Positions 18,901-20,596 of a stretch of 20,596 bases of DNA are shown here, in pieces (the first letter of the stretch is position 1; each line of letters starts with the position of its first letter). Made by a program: the position numbers and the translations under genes. This stretch comes from Octopus sinensis (lineage: Eukaryota). The notes beneath the pieces were generated by a model. The model saw nothing but the letters and a program-made list of their open reading frames with translations, had not been told where the DNA came from and did not search any database. The stretch covers positions 1 to 20,596 of the forward strand of contig NW_021823897.1 of assembly GCF_006345805.1 (NCBI RefSeq), in the 5' to 3' direction.

Positions 18901-18979
18901 CGGTTAAGAAGAACGAAGGATTGATGCTGACTTTCCCGCCACCTCACTTCGCTAACGTCTCCGAAATTGTTTCAGCATA

Positions 18980-19068
<89 letters not shown>

Positions 19069-19114
19069 CCACACATACACATATATATATATAATATATA
19101 TATATACACACAAC

Positions 19115-19146
<32 letters not shown>

Positions 19147-19176
19147 CACACAGAGATATTTGTATGTATATATATG

Positions 19177-19242
<66 letters not shown>

Positions 19243-19299
19243 CGTATATATATACATATATGTATATGTATGTATCTGTGTGTGTATATTATGTATCGA

Positions 19300-19350
<51 letters not shown>

Positions 19351-19375
19351 GCATGCATGTATGTGTATCTGTTTT
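18980..19375. repeat. (TA)n/(CA)n compound microsatellite
   Basis: Read directly. Confidence 0.95.
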
Positions 19376-19384
19376 TGTGTTAGT

Positions 19385-19582
19385 GCTTGCCTTGGTTTTC
19401 TACCACTTGACAAACCACGTCAATTTGCTTACGTCCCTGTAACTTAGCGGTTCGGCAAAATATTTTTATAGAATGACTGCCGAACAAAACAGTAAGTACT
19501 GGGTTGATTTGCTCGACTAAACACTTCAAGGCGGTGCTCCAGCATGGGCACAATCCAACGACTGAAACAAGTGAAAGATAAT
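19385..19582 (+). mobile_element. SINE module B
   Basis: CTTACGTCCCTGTAACTTAGCGGTTCGGCAAAA...GATTTGCTCGACTAA...AAGGCGGTGCTCCAGCATGG...GACTGAAACAAGTGAAAG. Confidence 0.8.
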
Positions 19583-19625
19583 GCACACACACACACACAC
19601 ACATATATAATATATATATATATAT

Positions 19626-19782
19626 ATGACAGGCTTCTTTCCGATTCAGTCTACCAAATTCATTCACAAGGCTTTGTTTGTCCCGGGGCTATAGCAGAAG
19701 ACATTTTTAAGGTGCCACGCAGTAGGACTGAATCCGGAACCACGTGGTTGGGAAGGAAGCTTCTTACCACCAGTCACACCTG
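19626..19782 (-). mobile_element. SINE module A
   Basis: TGACAGGCTTCTTTC...CTACCAAATTCATTCACAAGGCTTTG...GGTGCCACGCAGTAGGACTGAATCCGGAACCACGTGG. Confidence 0.8.
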
Positions 19783-20596
19783 TTGAGACTTTTTCAATAC
19801 GAACTGACTTGATGCTATATAAACAAGTGTTCTGGGTACGTAGACCAAGTTAGAGACAACGACACTGGGATGACTTACATGTCCTACATGAGTGAGGCAT
19901 GGGAAATGGCGGGATACAGGAATTCAAGCGGCATTGAAGATAATGATGGATATATTGATGGATATATCGATGAACAGGAGGTGAAAAAGCCTCGTTAGAG
20001 GGTTTGAAACCTCATCTTATTGTATTATTTGTAATGGTTTATAACCTCAATTGTGTGTTTTAAAAAAACATGATAAGTAAGAGATTTTAGTGCCTCCTTC
20101 TTGTAAGAGGTTTGAAACCTCATATTGATTTTTAAAAAAAGGAAAATATGTTTTCGCGAAAAATCCAATCAGCGGGTGTTGGGTTTCGTCTCTCATTTAT
20201 TCATTTTATTTCATTTTCATTCATTAATGTGTTTGTCCAGCCCGCAAAACTACCCATCTTTGTACTGTCTCTATTTGATAAAATAAAGTTAGAGACAACT
20301 AATAGTCTTGGAGGAAAGAACTTGGTACTTGGAATTTGAACATCCAGCTTTTCAACTGAGAGCACTTATACGTAATTGGCACCTCGTACAATCATACTAG
20401 TTGTGACAATTCATATATAGAATTTATGATGAATACTTTTTATAGTTCTAGAAAAAAAAAATGCTGCATAATTTTCTTTGCCAAAATTTTTAGTACATTT
20501 CAGGAGAAATATTTCACCGTTGCTGTAGTAACCATATTAACGTTACATTTACATATTGAAATCATGGGAATTTTTTCTGTTTTTTTTTTTGTCCTC

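Noticed and set aside
4-19383. Dozens of ORFs rich in YI/HT/CV/MYVC/LS repeats in the ORF track
   Set aside because: They are translations of (TA)n, (CA)n, (TATG)n, (AG)n and (GATA)n tracts, which lack stop codons in some frames.

Overview
AT-rich eukaryotic (animal) genomic DNA, mostly intronic or intergenic. About a quarter to a third is (TA)n/(CA)n/(TATG)n/(GATA)n microsatellite and much of the rest is tRNA-derived SINE copies. From memory, these families and this repeat density match Octopus (coleoid cephalopod) genomes; that is an inference, not a database result. Nearly all ORFs in the supplied track are microsatellite or SINE artefacts. I use working names for four SINE modules: A (tRNA head plus CORE-like body), B (3' module that follows A after an internal microsatellite), C (tRNA-Arg-like head with three different tails) and E (tRNA-like head, with two tandem arrays). 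There are also two DNA-transposon end relics. The best gene evidence is a minus-strand spliced model: a YY1-type promoter near 18820, a non-coding first exon, and small phase-compatible exons at 18353-18416, 17258-17313 and 13333-13374 encoding MTDDRCLSLHLQDVQISYSVVTSDIARLYSLAERDFK-PSLESFEGSLHPET, which I cannot identify. No prokaryotic-type system, CRISPR array, rRNA or true tRNA gene is supported. The most notable observations are SINE concatemers with identical junctions at two loci, SINE tail swapping, and the unidentified small-exon gene.
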